A stretch of DNA of 64,000 nt from Anthoceros angustus (GCA_010909165.1 MU008207.1:124001-188000); one strand, 5' to 3'; numbered from the stretch's first letter, positions 12,874 through 26,953 are shown. A program made the numbers and translations. The notes: a model not told the origin generated them from the letters alone.

Positions 12874-13234
12874 CCAGTGAGGGAACAAAGTTGAGCATAT
12901 ATACTCAAGCTCAGCTCTTGTCAACTCGTCCCACTTCAAGATCTTTTCATCCTCTCTCCTTTGTAAGTTCCCTATCAACGAGTTTACGTCATGAAAGTGA
13001 TGCTATGAGGTCTTGAAGCTATCCTAGAATACTCTGGCAAAATCCAACTATGTGGCATGTCGTTCAAAGAAATATATCGTAAACTATTTCACCTCTCATG
13101 CTTCCCAGTTTTACTTCAAGATTGCTCTCCTCTTTGTCCTTGGAAGTTGTAAACATGCTTTTCTCCTTGCGTATTTTCTTTGCCTTTCTCATTTTTCCTT
13201 GAAATATAGAAATATTTTTTCCTTTTTAAATACT

Positions 13235-13377
13235 AATACCGTACTCAACATCTTTTCAGCAAATATTATGGCTAGGTTTCACCTATGCGCATTATTACTA
13301 AACAAATACCGTACTCAACATCTTTTCAGCAAATATTATGGCTAGGTTTCACCTATGCGCATTATTACTAAACAAAT
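13235..13377. repeat. Perfect 70-bp tandem duplication
   Basis: TACCGTACTCAACATC...ACTAAACAAA starts at both 13237 and 13307. Confidence 0.95.
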
Positions 13378-13479
13378 GCAATATTTCATTAATAGCTGAA
13401 CATACTTCGAACAAGTCTGGGTCAGAGTCTGGGGGCCAACCTAGTGGTTTGAAATAAGAACTTAACAATTAAGTAGTTT

Positions 13480-13905
13480 GCGGGGTGATCAAGAGGATCA
13501 ATATTGGGATGAGGTGTTATCATCTTGGTGGTTCGAAATAAAGTCGCCACAATTAAGCAGCTTGTGGGCGGATCAATACCCACAGCCTGCATTAGTATCG
13601 GGGATGGGGTGAGAACGGATTAGTACCGGTGGTGCCATCCATAATGGTTTAAAAATTTTAGCCGAGCGGATCAATATCCGGATGGGGTGAGAACGGATTA
13701 GTACCAAGATGGGTGCCATCCACTTAATGGTTTAAAAAATTTGTCGGGCGGATAAGTACCAAGATGGGGTGCCATCCTTTTGGTGGTTTGAAAAATTTAT
13801 CGAGCGGATCAATATCCGGATGGGGTGCCATCCTCTTGATGGTTAGAATCATTTGTTGGACGGATCAATACTAAGACGAGGTACTATCCTCCTGGTAGTT
13901 TGAAA
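13480..13905. repeat. Degenerate minisatellite, about 60-90 bp variable units
   Basis: The recurrent cores GCGGATCAATATCCGGATGGGGTG, GGTGCCATCC and TGGTTT(G/A)AAAAATTT appear in about 6-7 rearranged units. Confidence 0.85.
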
Positions 13906-15838
13906 AGTTTTTAAATTGTCCTTTGGGTGGCGGCCTTCTTGGAGCGAGGTCTAAAGTGCAAGATTTCCTATTTGTGAGGTCTGAAGTGCAAGATTTCTAA
14001 CTTCATTATGGTTTATGATTTCCTCAAAGCAATGGATGGTACATACATTGTCCGTCTCTCAATTTTATCTGCTTTTTAAGTTCTAAAGTTTTTATTATTT
14101 TTGATTTGAGCTATCGTGATAAACATTACTAACGAGGACAATGTGAAATAAAGAACTTCAAAGACAAATCAAATCACAAATTTATATTTCAAAGATGTTA
14201 CCTTATGTAGATAGAGGTATAGGTAATAAATGATTGGAAAGTAGTTATATTATAGATAAACCTTATATTATACTGTAGATAATATATACCAGCAAAAGAA
14301 ATTTAAGACCAGCTCACAAGCTTTGCCCTCCTAATCTACTCATTGATAAACAAGCTTTGCTCTTATACTTTTTGATATTCAAAATACCTAAAAAGTTCCA
14401 AACCACATGGTCCAATTCTTGAAAACAGCTTGATATGATGTATGATTATTCATTATAAGTGCTTTCGATAATTAAGGAGAGCGGATTTTTTCCGTACAGG
14501 GACAGCCCGTATACATTGAGTAATGGCATGTCAATCACGGCGGACCTTTTTTATATTAGGGGGAGCAAATTTACATCGCTGAAGTGGTTATCACGGATCC
14601 CACGAGAGACTTTATATGCGAGCACGTCATCATCAACCCCCTGGGCTGGGCGGCGGAAGGATGCGCAACCATCAAGACTCACAAGTACTCTCCTATGCAA
14701 GACGGCCATGTTTTCATCCCCCGCCGAGACTCATGGGGCTATGGGCAAGGACTTCTCTAGGGTAATTAAGGGTGTGCAAAAAGCCTATTACTGACCCGAG
14801 GGGAATTGGAGGGCCTCCCTTTCTCTGTGGTGGCTTTCTTTAGCAGTAGCATTTCATAGCTCTGACGTTAGCTTGGCTGACTTATTTGTTTATAGAGGCA
14901 AGCTCGTGCATGGGACCTAGCGGCTTCTTGACCGGTGGTAGGTAGGCTCTTCATCATCCCTGATCACGATATCATTGGTGCAGTAGGTAGTAGGTAGTTA
15001 TGGGAAAGGCATTCGAGGGGACTAGGACTTCCCCTTTTACTGTTAGCCCTTTTTGGGTTGTTCCTCCTCGGACTTTAGGGGTAGATGGGATTTCCCATCT
15101 CGCCTATTAATAACGTCTACTCTTGATATCTTTTGATCAAAAGCAAAAATCCCTATCCGGATGGAGAAATAGGAAGAAGAAAAATTTTTATAGTCTTGGT
15201 ATATATCTCGTCTACCTATTTATTGTATATGTATATAGGTTATGTGGGTACCTTCCGGCGTCGCTATGCAAAGAAGGTTCTAGAGGTGTACATAATATAC
15301 TTCGAAGAAGTTTGGTGCCTGGCCTCTTCATTTCACACGTCGGGTGCGCCGTGTCGGAGACTCTCGCATTCGGTACGTACCAGGTGATGCGTGCTCCGTG
15401 ATGATTGGTCTCTTCTTGAAGTTTTTCGGGAGATGTTGCATGCTGAATTATGGACCGGCGCAGTAGACGTGCTTTTGCGGTTTGCTTGACGGTGCTTGCG
15501 GCTCTGGATTGGACCTGGAGGGGATCTGTTTCTGTCCTCTGATGGCCGCGTAGGAGCTGAAGCGGCGCAGCAGCTAGTAGCAACTTGAAGCTTTGTATCT
15601 GATTATCGAGCGCTGGTTTTGGTGCCGGAATGGGCTGGTTAGGGGGTTTGCCGTGACAGTTAGGCTGATTGGATGATGAGGACTTGAATGGATGCAACGG
15701 GAAGCCTTGTGTGGTGTTTTTAGGGTTTTGATGGTTGATGAAGTTGAGAGCTGATTTGTTTGCTGATTTTATTGTGCGCTCCTTGTTCTACTGTAGATTC
15801 TCTTGTTGAGTGGGATTAAGCGGACTTTGCCGGCAATC

Positions 15839-16774
15839 ATGCCTCGCCGTAATTCTGGTGAGTAGGCTTGATCTCTGTCTTGTTATCACATGTTTCGGTG
15901 TTGGAGTATACTGGTGGAGGTACTGTGAATTAGGGCAGGGCATGATGCGACGGTGTTCTGTCTTGCAGGCCGTCCGGCTCCCAGGGCCGCTCCCAGGCCT
16001 GCTGCAAAGCAGTACTCCACCGCTGCACATCCTCCGGCTCCAGGTAATTTTCATGTGTGAATTTTGTAGGTGGAGTTTTGATAAGTATGATCCCCCGGAT
16101 GTTACTGATGTGATGTTGTTTTTGCTTTTCAGCGCACCATGCACCTCCTCCTGCAGTTCATCAGGGCTCTGCCGGTGGCTCCATGCTGGGTGGCCTTGCG
16201 AGCACCATAGCCCAGGGTATATTTCTTTGCTCGGAGGTCTTTAGGGTTCCTTTTCTCTGGTGTTGGAGTGAGGGAAAGAGGGTTCTGTTTTGCCTTGTGA
16301 TGCAAGTTCCGTGTGACCTAGTAGTTGGTGCCTTGGCTGTTTGATCCAGGTATGGCATTTGGTACCGGAAGTGCTGTTGCACACAGGGCAGTCGACTCTG
16401 TCATGGGACCCCGCCAAGTTGAGCATGTGCACACTAATGCAGAACCGGCATCCCACAGTGGACCGGCAACCACAACTGCTGGAGATGCTTGCTTTAACCA
16501 GATGAAGTCGTTTCAGGATGTAAGTTCAGCTTCTTCTGTCCGAATCAGGCCCGCGTTTTGCCAATCCATAGATGACCAAGGCTTAGGACTGTTGCTTGAG
16601 CGCTCAATCTTAACTTCACACCTCATCACTCTTTTTTGTTTGCAGTGTATTGCAGCCAACGGGAACGACATTGGGAAGTGTCAGTTCTATGTCGATATGC
16701 TGAATGAGTGCCGCAGAGCCCCAACTTCAGGTCAGCTGCTGACTGACTCCTCTGGCCAGAGTGGTTCCAAGTAA
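15839..16774 (+). CDS. CHCH-domain mitochondrial intermembrane-space protein (CHCHD2/CHCHD10/Mix17-like), 5 coding exons
   Basis: Spliced with GT-AG introns: MPRRNSG-RPAPRAAPR...GSMLGGLASTIAQG-MAFGTGSAVAHRAVDSVMGPR...CFNQMKSFQD-CIAANGNDIGKCQFYVDMLNEC (twin CX9C). Confidence 0.92.
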
Positions 16775-17603
16775 CCTGTTCGGGGGAAGTGTCAAGCCGC
16801 CGCTTATGGCCGGGCGCTCTATTGCCGGCCTGCTCTTTCCTGTGGTTTGAGTGGTTTGAGTCACTTGGTATACATCAGACAACTCATTTCACCAGCTGTG
16901 CATTCTGTTTGTGCAGTGCTGTGATCCATAACATTCTGGGGAGGCGGCCTTTTGTGTCGTTTCAGCATCACCATTCGTTGGGATTAGCCACATTTGTTGG
17001 ATGACCATTGTTGTAGGTCTGGCTACGCGGAACTCATGTAGTATCACTCGGACCGTCTAAACCCAGCACCTACGTCGGGATTTTTTCCTTCGTAATCTTT
17101 GCATCGGCACTCCTACTTAGTTCCGTGATTTTGTTGTCTACATTCTACCCTCTACAAAATAGTCCTCGGAGACTCCCAGGAACAGAAGATGAGTTCTCCC
17201 GGTGCGTTGAGCTCATTATTGTTGCATTGTTGCGGGCCGGTGGAGGTTTGGATCGTCACGTCCCAGTGTCCTGTTTACTCCCATCGTCTCCAGATGTAGA
17301 AACAAGTGATAACAAGTGAGAGTAAAATCGATGACGAGCAGCGAAGACTTCCGATTCGTGTTGGTGGCGGTACCACACAGTGAGTCGGGGAGGTGGGAGT
17401 AAAGAGGGCGAACCAGGTCGCTGCATTCTGTAACGCAGTTCACTGGACTGAAAGGATCGATGTATCCGTGTTCGCCAACATCCTGTTGCGGCTTCAGCCC
17501 TACAGGCGGGGGGTCCAAGAGGGCCAGCCTCCGGAGTTAGAGACGCGTCTCGTCTCACAACACATGTTCATCAGGCATATTCAATTCGGCGTAGCGCAAA
17601 TAT

Positions 17604-17614
17604 AACCCATATTG
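17604..17614 (+). promoter_or_regulatory. Putative snRNA upstream sequence element (USE)
   Basis: AACCCATATTG about 70 nt upstream of the U1 start; resembles the angiosperm USE RTCCCACATCG in sequence and Pol II spacing. Confidence 0.45.
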
Positions 17615-17674
17615 CCCGGGTAGCAGCCGTAGCTGCTTCTGTGGTACTTAGAGTAGGCGAGCAGGCGGAATTAC

Positions 17675-17834
17675 ATACTTACCTGGGCGGGGCCTATCGG
17701 TGATCATGAAGGCCGATGACCTGGGGTCACCCTCGCCATTGCACCAAGGCCGGGGCGGCTCCACTATCTACCTACGGGTAGAATAGACGTCATAATTTGT
17801 GGCAGCGGGGGCTCGCGTTCGCGCGGCCCCTACC
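17675..17834 (+). ncRNA. U1: U1 spliceosomal snRNA
   Basis: 5' ATACTTACCTGG, loop I GATCATGAAG, loop II ATTGCAC, Sm site AATTTGTGG, and terminal stem GGGGGCTCGCGTTCGCGCGGCCCC. Confidence 0.96.
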
Positions 17835-18131
17835 CAAATCAATGTGAAAATGGATTACACTGAATACGGGACATTCCGGCATGGACGTAACTGGGTGCCG
17901 TCTCGGTGTAATAGGCGAGAAGTTCTGACAGGCCACATGAGTGAGACACTACATGCACTTTGCATGCTCCGTTCGCCTCGAGGTGACTGCAGGTGACGAA
18001 TTTGCGTGGTGATCGATCGAAAATCGGGGCGTCTTGTTTGCCCGAGCTGCTTTCCCAGAATGGTAAGGCGGCCGCTCGACGATCCTGTTGCTGAATGAAG
18101 GCTCTGCCATTTCTGCGGAGTGAAGGGAATT

Positions 18132-21100
18132 ATGGGTCCCAAGAAGAAGGCAGGAGGGAGAGCATCGTCGTCATCCTGGGACCGGGCGAAGACGGCGGCC
18201 GAGCTCCGTTTGTCAGCAGAAAACGAAGCTAAACTGCGGCGCCTGCTTCAGAACAATGCCGCACAGGCAGTTCGGCAGCAGCAGCAAGAGCTGTCGGAAG
18301 GGGAGAGGAAGGTGGCGGGTCGCCGCCTGCGGGCTGTGTACGACAGCCTTGCCAACGAGGGCTTCCCCGCTCACCACATTCAGGAGGCGCTGGCTGCCAT
18401 TCCTGTGGTATGGGTCTACTTGGCCACCTCGTTTTTTCAGCTTATCCGTGTTCGATCCTTGAGAAGGTCAGTGGGTCTTGCAGGAATCAGCCACCTTAGA
18501 GGCTGCATTGGATTGGTTGTGTCTCAATCTCGCTCCTGACCAACTGCCATTGAAATTCGCCAGCGGCAACCTTCCAGGAGCTGAAAGCCGGGGTTTGCTG
18601 CTGACCCCAAGACCTCTCATGCACTGCTTTTAGGTAATACTAAAATTTTGAACCCTGTCATTTGCTTGTGGTGGATCGATGTGTAGGAGGATCTGTTCGA
18701 GTGCTATCGACTGCCTCCTCTCACCGGGCTCCAGCCGGCAGGTCAGCTGAGGAGGTTGAGCCTCGACGAAGTTTTCAACCCCAAAAGGTCAAGCAGGCAG
18801 TGGGACTTGTTCAGTCCAATCAAGCTGAGTGGATCCGGCGATATGTGGCTCAGCAAGAAGAGGTAGAAAGGTTGGTGTTGTACTGCTTCTTGTAACTCAC
18901 CTTTTTCAAGGGCTTGAAAAATGTTATTCCATCCCACAGGAGGAGCAGGAGCAGAGTGATGCAAGTGAAGGGGATGGCCATGAGGACTCGGACTGGGAGG
19001 TATTCTTAAAACATTTCATGTCTGCGCATGTTCTTCCCGAAGGCCAGACATGGTATCTCTGAATTACCTTAGTCCAGGCAAGTCCCTGAAAATCGCCCTC
19101 TGTTCATGGTGGTAATCAGCTGTGGGCGGATCCCCGTGCAAGGCAACGGCGCGTAGAAGAATCTAAAGTGCGTTTTGTACGTTCATTCAAAGCGAAGTGT
19201 GTTGGCTATGCCCAATGATTGATTCCTTTCCTGGTGTTATGGGACAAACAGGCTGCAGGTCTCGCTCGCGCCGCTTCCATTCCTGCAGAGTTTCAGTTAG
19301 CCAAACAAGCCGCAGCTGAAGCTAAGCGCCTTGGGAATAAAGAGAAGCAGGCAACTGCTAGCAGGCTTCTCCAGCAGTTGAAGCAGGAAGCTGCTTCTCT
19401 TGGTATGTGCAGAGACCTTCTTGAGCTCAGTTGTCAACTTTTGATCTGCCGCTCATGTCTTGCTGTCCATCTGTAGGTTTGTCTGAGGATCTACTGCGGT
19501 TGGAGCTCAGAAAAGGTTGTGAAGTAGGGGCTAGTGTGAACAGTCAAACAGAGGGAAGGCAGTCTGGAGGGCCCGAGCCCACCACTTGGGATGTCAGCCC
19601 TGTAGAGCCAAATAGTACGGTTAAGGGCGATGAAAATCTAGTTGCTACTGGCCTGGTTGCTTTTGAAACGCAGCCAGGAACCACAGCCAGTGTAGAAATG
19701 ACAGGAAAGGATAAAGGAGAGGACTCACCGATTGCTGATGAAGAAGGCATGGCATTTATGTTTGACGACGAGTCTCTGTCAGAACAGGCCTTGCCAGAGA
19801 CTGTTAGGAGTATTCAATTAGAGCAAAAAGCCAGAGCACTGGTTGCAAATAGTTTGTCTAGCAAGGATGAAAGAAAAGGCAAAAGCCGCAGCACTCAGGT
19901 ACACAAACTCAGATTGACCTGGGTTCTGGACTTTGCAAATTTGAAGCTAAACCACTGTAATATTCTCACTTTGCAGTCGCATGAGGGAACGCTCAGGCAG
20001 CCCAAGGTACTCCTGCAGCAGCAGTGCCAGAAGCATGCCTGGGGGTCACCCAAGTATGAAAGACTCTCTGGCACAGGAAATGGCTTGTATTTGTATTCTG
20101 TGACGGTTACTCGACCGGCTTCTGGTCGTGGAAAGAGCAAAGTACCTGGAGGGCCTGTATTGATTACGCTGCCACAGGACCAAGCTGGTTTTCAGACACT
20201 CACAGTAACAGTGCTCCTCAACCCTGGCAGTGCAGATAGATTCGACTCATTCTATTTGAAGCTTGTGCTTCCTTCCATGATACAAAAGCTTTCTTTGGAT
20301 TCCAGGAAGCACAAAATGCTGTTGCTGCATGGGCCCTTTTCACATTCTTGCCTGACCTTCCTTTGTATCGGATACTGCCTGATCCTTATCGAGGGCTGTA
20401 CCTGCATTGGCTTGCTCAAGGTTTCCTGCTGCCCTCTTGTATCTTGTGTTTATGTTGCTTTTCATGGCGTGCAAGCACTTTTATCAGGACATACCTATCT
20501 TCATCGTGATGCTGAATTTAATGGCTGCAAACAGGTGAAAAGGCAACCAAGGAAGCAGCAGATGCTGAGAGTAATTGCAGATCCTCTTTTATTGATACAC
20601 TACTATCTTCTACTTCTTCCCAACCTTTACCCAACAAACCAGCATCAGGAGAGGTTGCTTCTAGAAATCCTTTGGGGCAATCAGGCCCCCAATATAGGCA
20701 GCGTAAGTCTTCACGCACTTCAGGAGCAGTTCGGATGTTTCATATGTTGCCTGTGGTTACTAGCGTTGTTTCTGGTGGACGAGGTTCAAAATACTTCTGT
20801 TTATGTCTTGCAGGTTCGAGACCAGCTGCGGAGGAACTTGGATGGAATTTGCTCCAGGCTTTCAAGGAAAGACAAAGTACTAATGACTACAAGGTAAAGA
20901 GAATTGTCTTTTTTCAAGGATATGAACTCGATTACTACATGTGCTGGAAACTGCATTGTATCCAATGTTGTCATTGTCTCTGTAGCAAATGATGGCAAAA
21001 CGGGATTGCCTTCCTATGGCAAAGGTTAGATCGGAGTTGCTCACAAAGATCAGTGAAAATGACGTCGTTGTGGTCAGTGGAGAAACAGGTTGTGGGAAGA

Positions 21101-24100
21101 CAACACAGGTGCTGATCAAATAATGCTCCTGGTCTTGCCAAATGCTTTACAGCTTAAATAGATAGGTTACCTCAAATTTGGCCTTTGTCTGCAGGTTCCT
21201 CAGTATATTTTAGATGACAGGATCTTGGCTGGTATGGGTGGAACTTGCAATATCATCTGCACTCAACCTCGTAGAATTGCGGTGAGTAGTGGTGACTCTG
21301 TGGCAGCAGCAGGTATTAACCGTATATTGCTTGCTTAGGGAATCTTTGTAAAACGCGCTGTGTCAGGCCATCTCCGTTGCAGAGCGTGTGGCTGTAGAAC
21401 GCTGTGAGCCTTCACCAGGAAATAGTGGATCTCTTGTGGGCTATCAAGTACGTCTTGATGCTGCTTGGTAATGCTATTCCTTATACTGAACGGAACCTCA
21501 TTCAATCTTTAGACAGCATTATATATTAGAACTTTCTGTGAGTAACTGAGTTCGTTGTCGGTGTTCCAGTACTTCAAGCACGAAAATTCTGTTCTGTACT
21601 ACTGGTATACTGCTTCGACGGTTTGCTGTAAGTACTAATTCTGTAGGTCTTCTTATGGATAATCATGTGTGTCTGGTGTTTGTGATTTATCGACTGTTGC
21701 ATGGACAGAGTGACCTCAATTTGACTGAAGTCTCACATGTGGTGGTGGATGAAGTTCATGAGCGGAATGTCCTTGTAAGTAAAATGCTGCTGGTGGCTTC
21801 CTGAACTGAAGGTTTACCTCCAAGGATGATATATGATCTGTGTTGCCAACTTGGGATGATCCGCAGGGTGATTTTCTACTGGTCATACTTAAGGATCTTC
21901 TCGAACGAAGAAGGGAGATGGGAATACCACTTAAAGTTGTCATCATGTAATGTCATTTCATTTCTTCATGCATAGCTGGCCATCCTTTTGCATTGCAACT
22001 TCATGAGGGTTTTAGAGCAGGGAACCTCCTTTCGTATGCAGATATACACTGGTATGTTGACAAGTTTGAGCTGTAACCTTGCGCAGGTCTGCCACACTGG
22101 ACACAGATCTTTTTTCACAGTACTTTGGCGGTTGTCCAATTATATCTGTTAAAGGCCGGACACATCCTGTGACCACTAAATTTTTGGAGGACATCTATGA
22201 ATGGCTTGACTATCGGCTCACATCTGACTCATCAGCAGCAGTGCATCTTTCTAATCGAAGGCAGGTACTGCTTATAGTAGTCTTGCAGTGGAAATGGATC
22301 TTTCATACTTTGATAAGGTTGCTGAATGTCATCCCTGTGAGTCATGGGACGTTATTCACACTGATGGATGTGGCGCGTCCTCTGGACATGCAGGGATTCA
22401 AGAGTGCAGTTGGGGGTAGCAGAGGACGACAGAACCTCATTCGGACAGGGTTTGGGGATGAGAGCTTATTGGAGGAAGCACCTGTTAACCCCCTGTATGA
22501 TGAACAAATCTACCAACACTACAGTTCTAGAACACGTCAAACTTTGGTTAGTCTTCCCAAAGTTGGCCCTGTTAAGAACGTGAGGCGGTCAGAAGATCTG
22601 CAAGATCAATGTATGTTTTGTGTGCGTTCTTAGGGAATGCATTTCTGAGACTTTCCCCTCCTGCTGCTTGGTTTAATTGCAGGCGAGAGTAAATGAGGAA
22701 GTGATTGATTATGATTTGCTTGAAGATCTTATTATCGCCATTGATGAGCACCTGGAACCTGGTGCACTTCTAGTGTTCCTGCCTGTGAGTCATCTTTATA
22801 GAGTTTCTGCAAGTGGATCTTTGCTACTGGCCTGGTCGACATTTCACATGCCTCCAGAATGTGACTCACTCATGGCATGGTGATGTACAGGGACAAGCAG
22901 AGATTCAGTTGATCTTAGATCGACTTAGAGTTTCCAAGCGATTTGGTGGACCATCAGCAGATTGGCTACTTCCACTTCATTCTTCAGTTTCTTCAGCAGA
23001 TCAACGGAAAGTCTTTGCTAGTCCAGAAACTGGAGTCCGGAAGGTTCTCACCTGCAATACTTGTTGGTTTCTTGGATCACATACTGTGAGGAAGGATAAA
23101 AGAGTGAGATGGTGTAGCAATTGATGTTCATCAAGCTGATGTGTATGTATTTGTGATTATTAGATCGTTCTGTCTACAAACATTGCAGAGGCAAGCATAA
23201 CAATTGACGACGTTGTGCATGTCATTGACTGTGGGAAGCATAAGGAGAATCGTTTTGATCCTCGTCGAGTAAGTAACCTTGCACTTTCATGCTTAAATTC
23301 TTTTGTTCATCATGTCGACTAATTGTCACAAAAAATCTCTAGGGTATGACGAGTCTAGTGGAAGCTTGGGTTTCTCAAGCAAATGCCAAACAGCGGAGTG
23401 GGAGAGCAGGACGAGTTCAGCCTGGAAACTGCTTTTGTCTATATACTAGGCATCGTTTTGAGAATCTGATGCGCCCATTTCAGGTATATCTTTTCTGCCA
23501 CAATTGAGACAAGTGAAAGAGTTTTTACAGATGTAACTGGTACGCCTGTAGTGGGAATCTGAACAGCTAATCTGGTGTTCCATATCTTTCCTCCAGATTC
23601 CAGAGATATTGCGAGTCCCGTTGGTCGATCTCTGTCTGCAAATCAAAGTTCTCTTGCTTGGTGATGTCGCCTCCTTTCTTCAGAAGGTGCCTGTACAGCT
23701 CCTGGCAGTAGCGTTTCTGACTAAGTTCATCCGGTTGAGACTGGTTTGAAATATGCCTAGTGGTTCTCTGTCATGGCAGGCTCCAGAAAGGCCAACAGCA
23801 GAAGCTGTACAGAGTGCACTAACAACATTACACCAGGTGAGTCGTGAATGTGTACCAAGTTGTCCTTTCTATCTGTTTGTGAGCCTCGTGTTTGCTGCGT
23901 TCAGGTTGGGGCTTTTGATGAAAACGAGGCCCTAACATCTCTTGGATATCATCTGGCTGCCCTGCCAGTGGACGTTCATATTGGGAAGGTGATAGAGAAG
24001 ATACTTGAACCCATCTTTCTTGTAGATTTCACGTTGATTCTCTGCATAGCTGAGTAAATAAACAATGAACTGATGAATACAGATTTTCTTGAACGCAGAT

Positions 24101-25778
24101 GATGTTATATGGAGCAATACTTGGCTGTTTAAGTCCAGTTCTTACTGTTGCTGCTTGTCTCAGCCACAGAAGTCCATTTGTTGTACCGCAGGATCAGGCA
24201 AGTACTCAGCACGACTCGTGCTTATTTCGACTGCCAACCATGTTACTCAAGTTTTCACTACCTTTGCATTGCCATTCAGAAAGAAGAAGCAGTCCGAGCA
24301 CTACAATCCTTGCTTGGTGAAGGTGAGGAGCGTACGGTTGAGCAGAGCATTGGGAAAGGTCAACAGTCTGATCATTTGGCCATGGTGGCTGCCTATGATG
24401 GCTGGAGGAGAATGGTAGAAAATTTCTTCCTTTCAGAAGACGGGTGCCTTCTGCTTTCACAGTCTTTTATAGATTGTTCAGCACTCCTGAATGCTGTGAT
24501 CCCATATACTTGGGACGCCGAATGGCACGATTGGATGGTTTATCTGCAGAAAAGTGGGAAAGCGGCCAGGACATACTGTACGACCTATTTCTTGAGTTCG
24601 GTAACTCTAAGCATGTTAAGGTGTGACCTTCTTCTGTGTGGATCCACAGTTGTGTTATGTTCCCTGTGGCTTCATTCAGAGACAAGGGGCTGTTGATGTT
24701 TGGCAGAGATATGCGAACCCAGCTCGCTTTCCTTCTCAAGGATATTGGATTCGTTGCTCGCCAGGAGGTTGGTTTCTCTTTACATTTGGAATATATTGAC
24801 CTGATTCTGAAGCCAGATTCAACTGTTCATATTTGTTCAGATACTGAGCAAATTATATGAACCTCCTTTCACCGCAGGTAGATGGAGGAACAAGTGGAGA
24901 TTGGATGGATGATGTGGATAAACCGTTCAATAGAAATTCCAAACATCCTGCAGTCGTGAAGGTGCGTGTCAAGTCATCGAATACAATGTCACTAGCAGCT
25001 GTTTAAATGCATGGCTAATGTTAGACACAGGCAGCTGTATGTGCGGGTCTGTATCCTCAAGTGGCTGCAATGGATGAAGACAGCATTGCCTCCGGGCATG
25101 CAAGTGCACTCAGCCTGCGCGCAGGCTTATCTTCAGGGCAAAGGCCTCGGTGGTCTGATGGCCAACGAGAAGTTTTCATACATCCTTCTTCTATCAACAG
25201 CAGTGTATCTGAGTTCCGTCACCCATTCCTCCTTTTTCACGAAAAGGTAAGGTGACAGTTTCTGCAGCTCTTAGGATGGACAGCTAGAACATTTGCAGCA
25301 CTTACAGATCACTTTTACTGACAGGTTAACACCAGTAGGGTGTACTTGCGTGACACGACAGTGGTCTCCCCATATGCTCTCCTCCTCTTCGGTGGCTTGA
25401 TCAGTGTCCAGCATCAGGTGCGTCCCATGTTTCAGCATGGGGTGCTTTTCTGTGCTAGCCTACTGCATGTGGTAACATGTAGACACCTGCAGGCTGGTCG
25501 TGTCGTCGTGGATGGATGGCTGAAGATGCGTGCTCCTGCGCAAACTGCCGTGTATTTTAAGGAACTACGACTTGCCCTTGACTCCATCATGCGCGAGAAA
25601 ATAGGGGCACCCCAGGTGTGCATTCGTCTTCCTGGTTCTTATCCCTCAGGTCATGTCTTCTCTATGCTTAATGCAAATCGTTTACCATTGGCAGGGCACT
25701 TGGTCAGAAGATGCTAATAGGTTCATCCCGATCATCACTCGGCTATTGATTGATGAAGACAAGCCAAGTGTGGTTTAG
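18132..25778 (+). CDS. DExH-box ATP-dependent RNA helicase, DExH7/DHX29-DHX57-like, many short introns
   Basis: N-terminus MGPKKK...[18 protein letters not shown]-like [12 protein letters not shown], and motifs [56 protein letters not shown]. Also HA2 ([16 protein letters not shown]) and OB-fold-region exons. Stop TAG at 25776-25778. Confidence 0.92.
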
Positions 25779-26953
25779 AAAAGACCCATGTAGTTTGGGT
25801 CTGAACATGTGGCTCCTATTTGTCGTCCATTGCATGGATCCACTTTACCCCACTGTGCCAACCTATCTGATAACCTAGCGGCGGTAATGGATTCATTGTT
25901 CCTCGTCACTCCGTACTACATATGCACGCCTCCATTTGTCCCAAGCTATCGGATTTGTATCCATTTCAACTCACCGTGTCGAACCATCTGATAATTCTCC
26001 CTCACCCTGCGGAACTATCTGAGCCCATATGGATCCACTTCACCTGACGGTGGCAAGCTACACGAGTAAGAACCCAATAACCGTACCATTGCAAAGCTAT
26101 CGAGGATAAATCAATTTTCTTTTCTTTTAACTGTCTGAGCATGATTTTCCCTCACAATTGACGTCGAAGCTATCCCGCGAACTTCACTGCCGTCTAGGAG
26201 CTGACTCAAAGCTGGAGGCTCACTATCTGTCGGTCATGCACCATGCCTCGTTCGGACAACGATCATCAGCTCAGAGCAGTAACCATTAAATCGCACGTCT
26301 TAGCACATGGTTCTCACCAGTGATCTATTGCGTCCGAGTTCAATGGTAGATACAAATCATATACTCAGATGCCTAATCTAACTGCACACACCTAATCCCT
26401 GAAGACCTGGCCTCAACAAGACAGGGAAGCCCTCCTCCCCCCCAAACTCCTTGTGTAGGGCAATGCACTGATGCGAAAGACCTGCTGCCACAGGTTCAGC
26501 GTGCACTTCCACCTTTCAATAACTGAACAGCGGATGTATTGTACAACACCTCGTTCTGTGAGCTTCACGATCCGACCATGCAACTGAGAGCGTTGTCAGC
26601 TTCAAAGCATCACGAATGGCTTGGCCCACTTGGTTCCAGCTAGGTTTCCAACATTTAGACTATTAACTTATGACCTCTGCCGTTGCTGCCGCTCAAGTAA
26701 TGCGGACACAAGAACCCTGCAAAAGGAAAACGAAGAAAATTGCTGATTCAGTGCACCGGCTGCATGGCAGGGCTCCTGATCCTACTGGACGTTTGGATCA
26801 GAATAAAGCACTGCAAACTAGTGACACAATAAGGACAAGGTTACAACAGTCCACGAGGCTCCCGACGACAATGTTACGCCAGTCGTCACTCAACAATTGC
26901 AATACCTCACCTTGAAAACCACGAAAGAGTGCCCCACTCGACAGTAGCATCCA

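Noticed and set aside
14440-15130. Organellar DNA insertion or a gene (111-aa ORF at 14459-14794)
   Set aside because: I could not recognise any organellar gene, RNA or protein motif. A BLAST against this species' organelle genomes would be needed.
17037-17045. U2 snRNA (TGTAGTATC branch-pairing-like motif)
   Set aside because: No flanking U2 sequence or Sm site; a chance match.
19431-20897. 488-aa ORF as a separate protein
   Set aside because: It is helicase exons read through stop-free introns. The true frame shifts at the acceptor near 20300 (..[13 protein letters not shown]).
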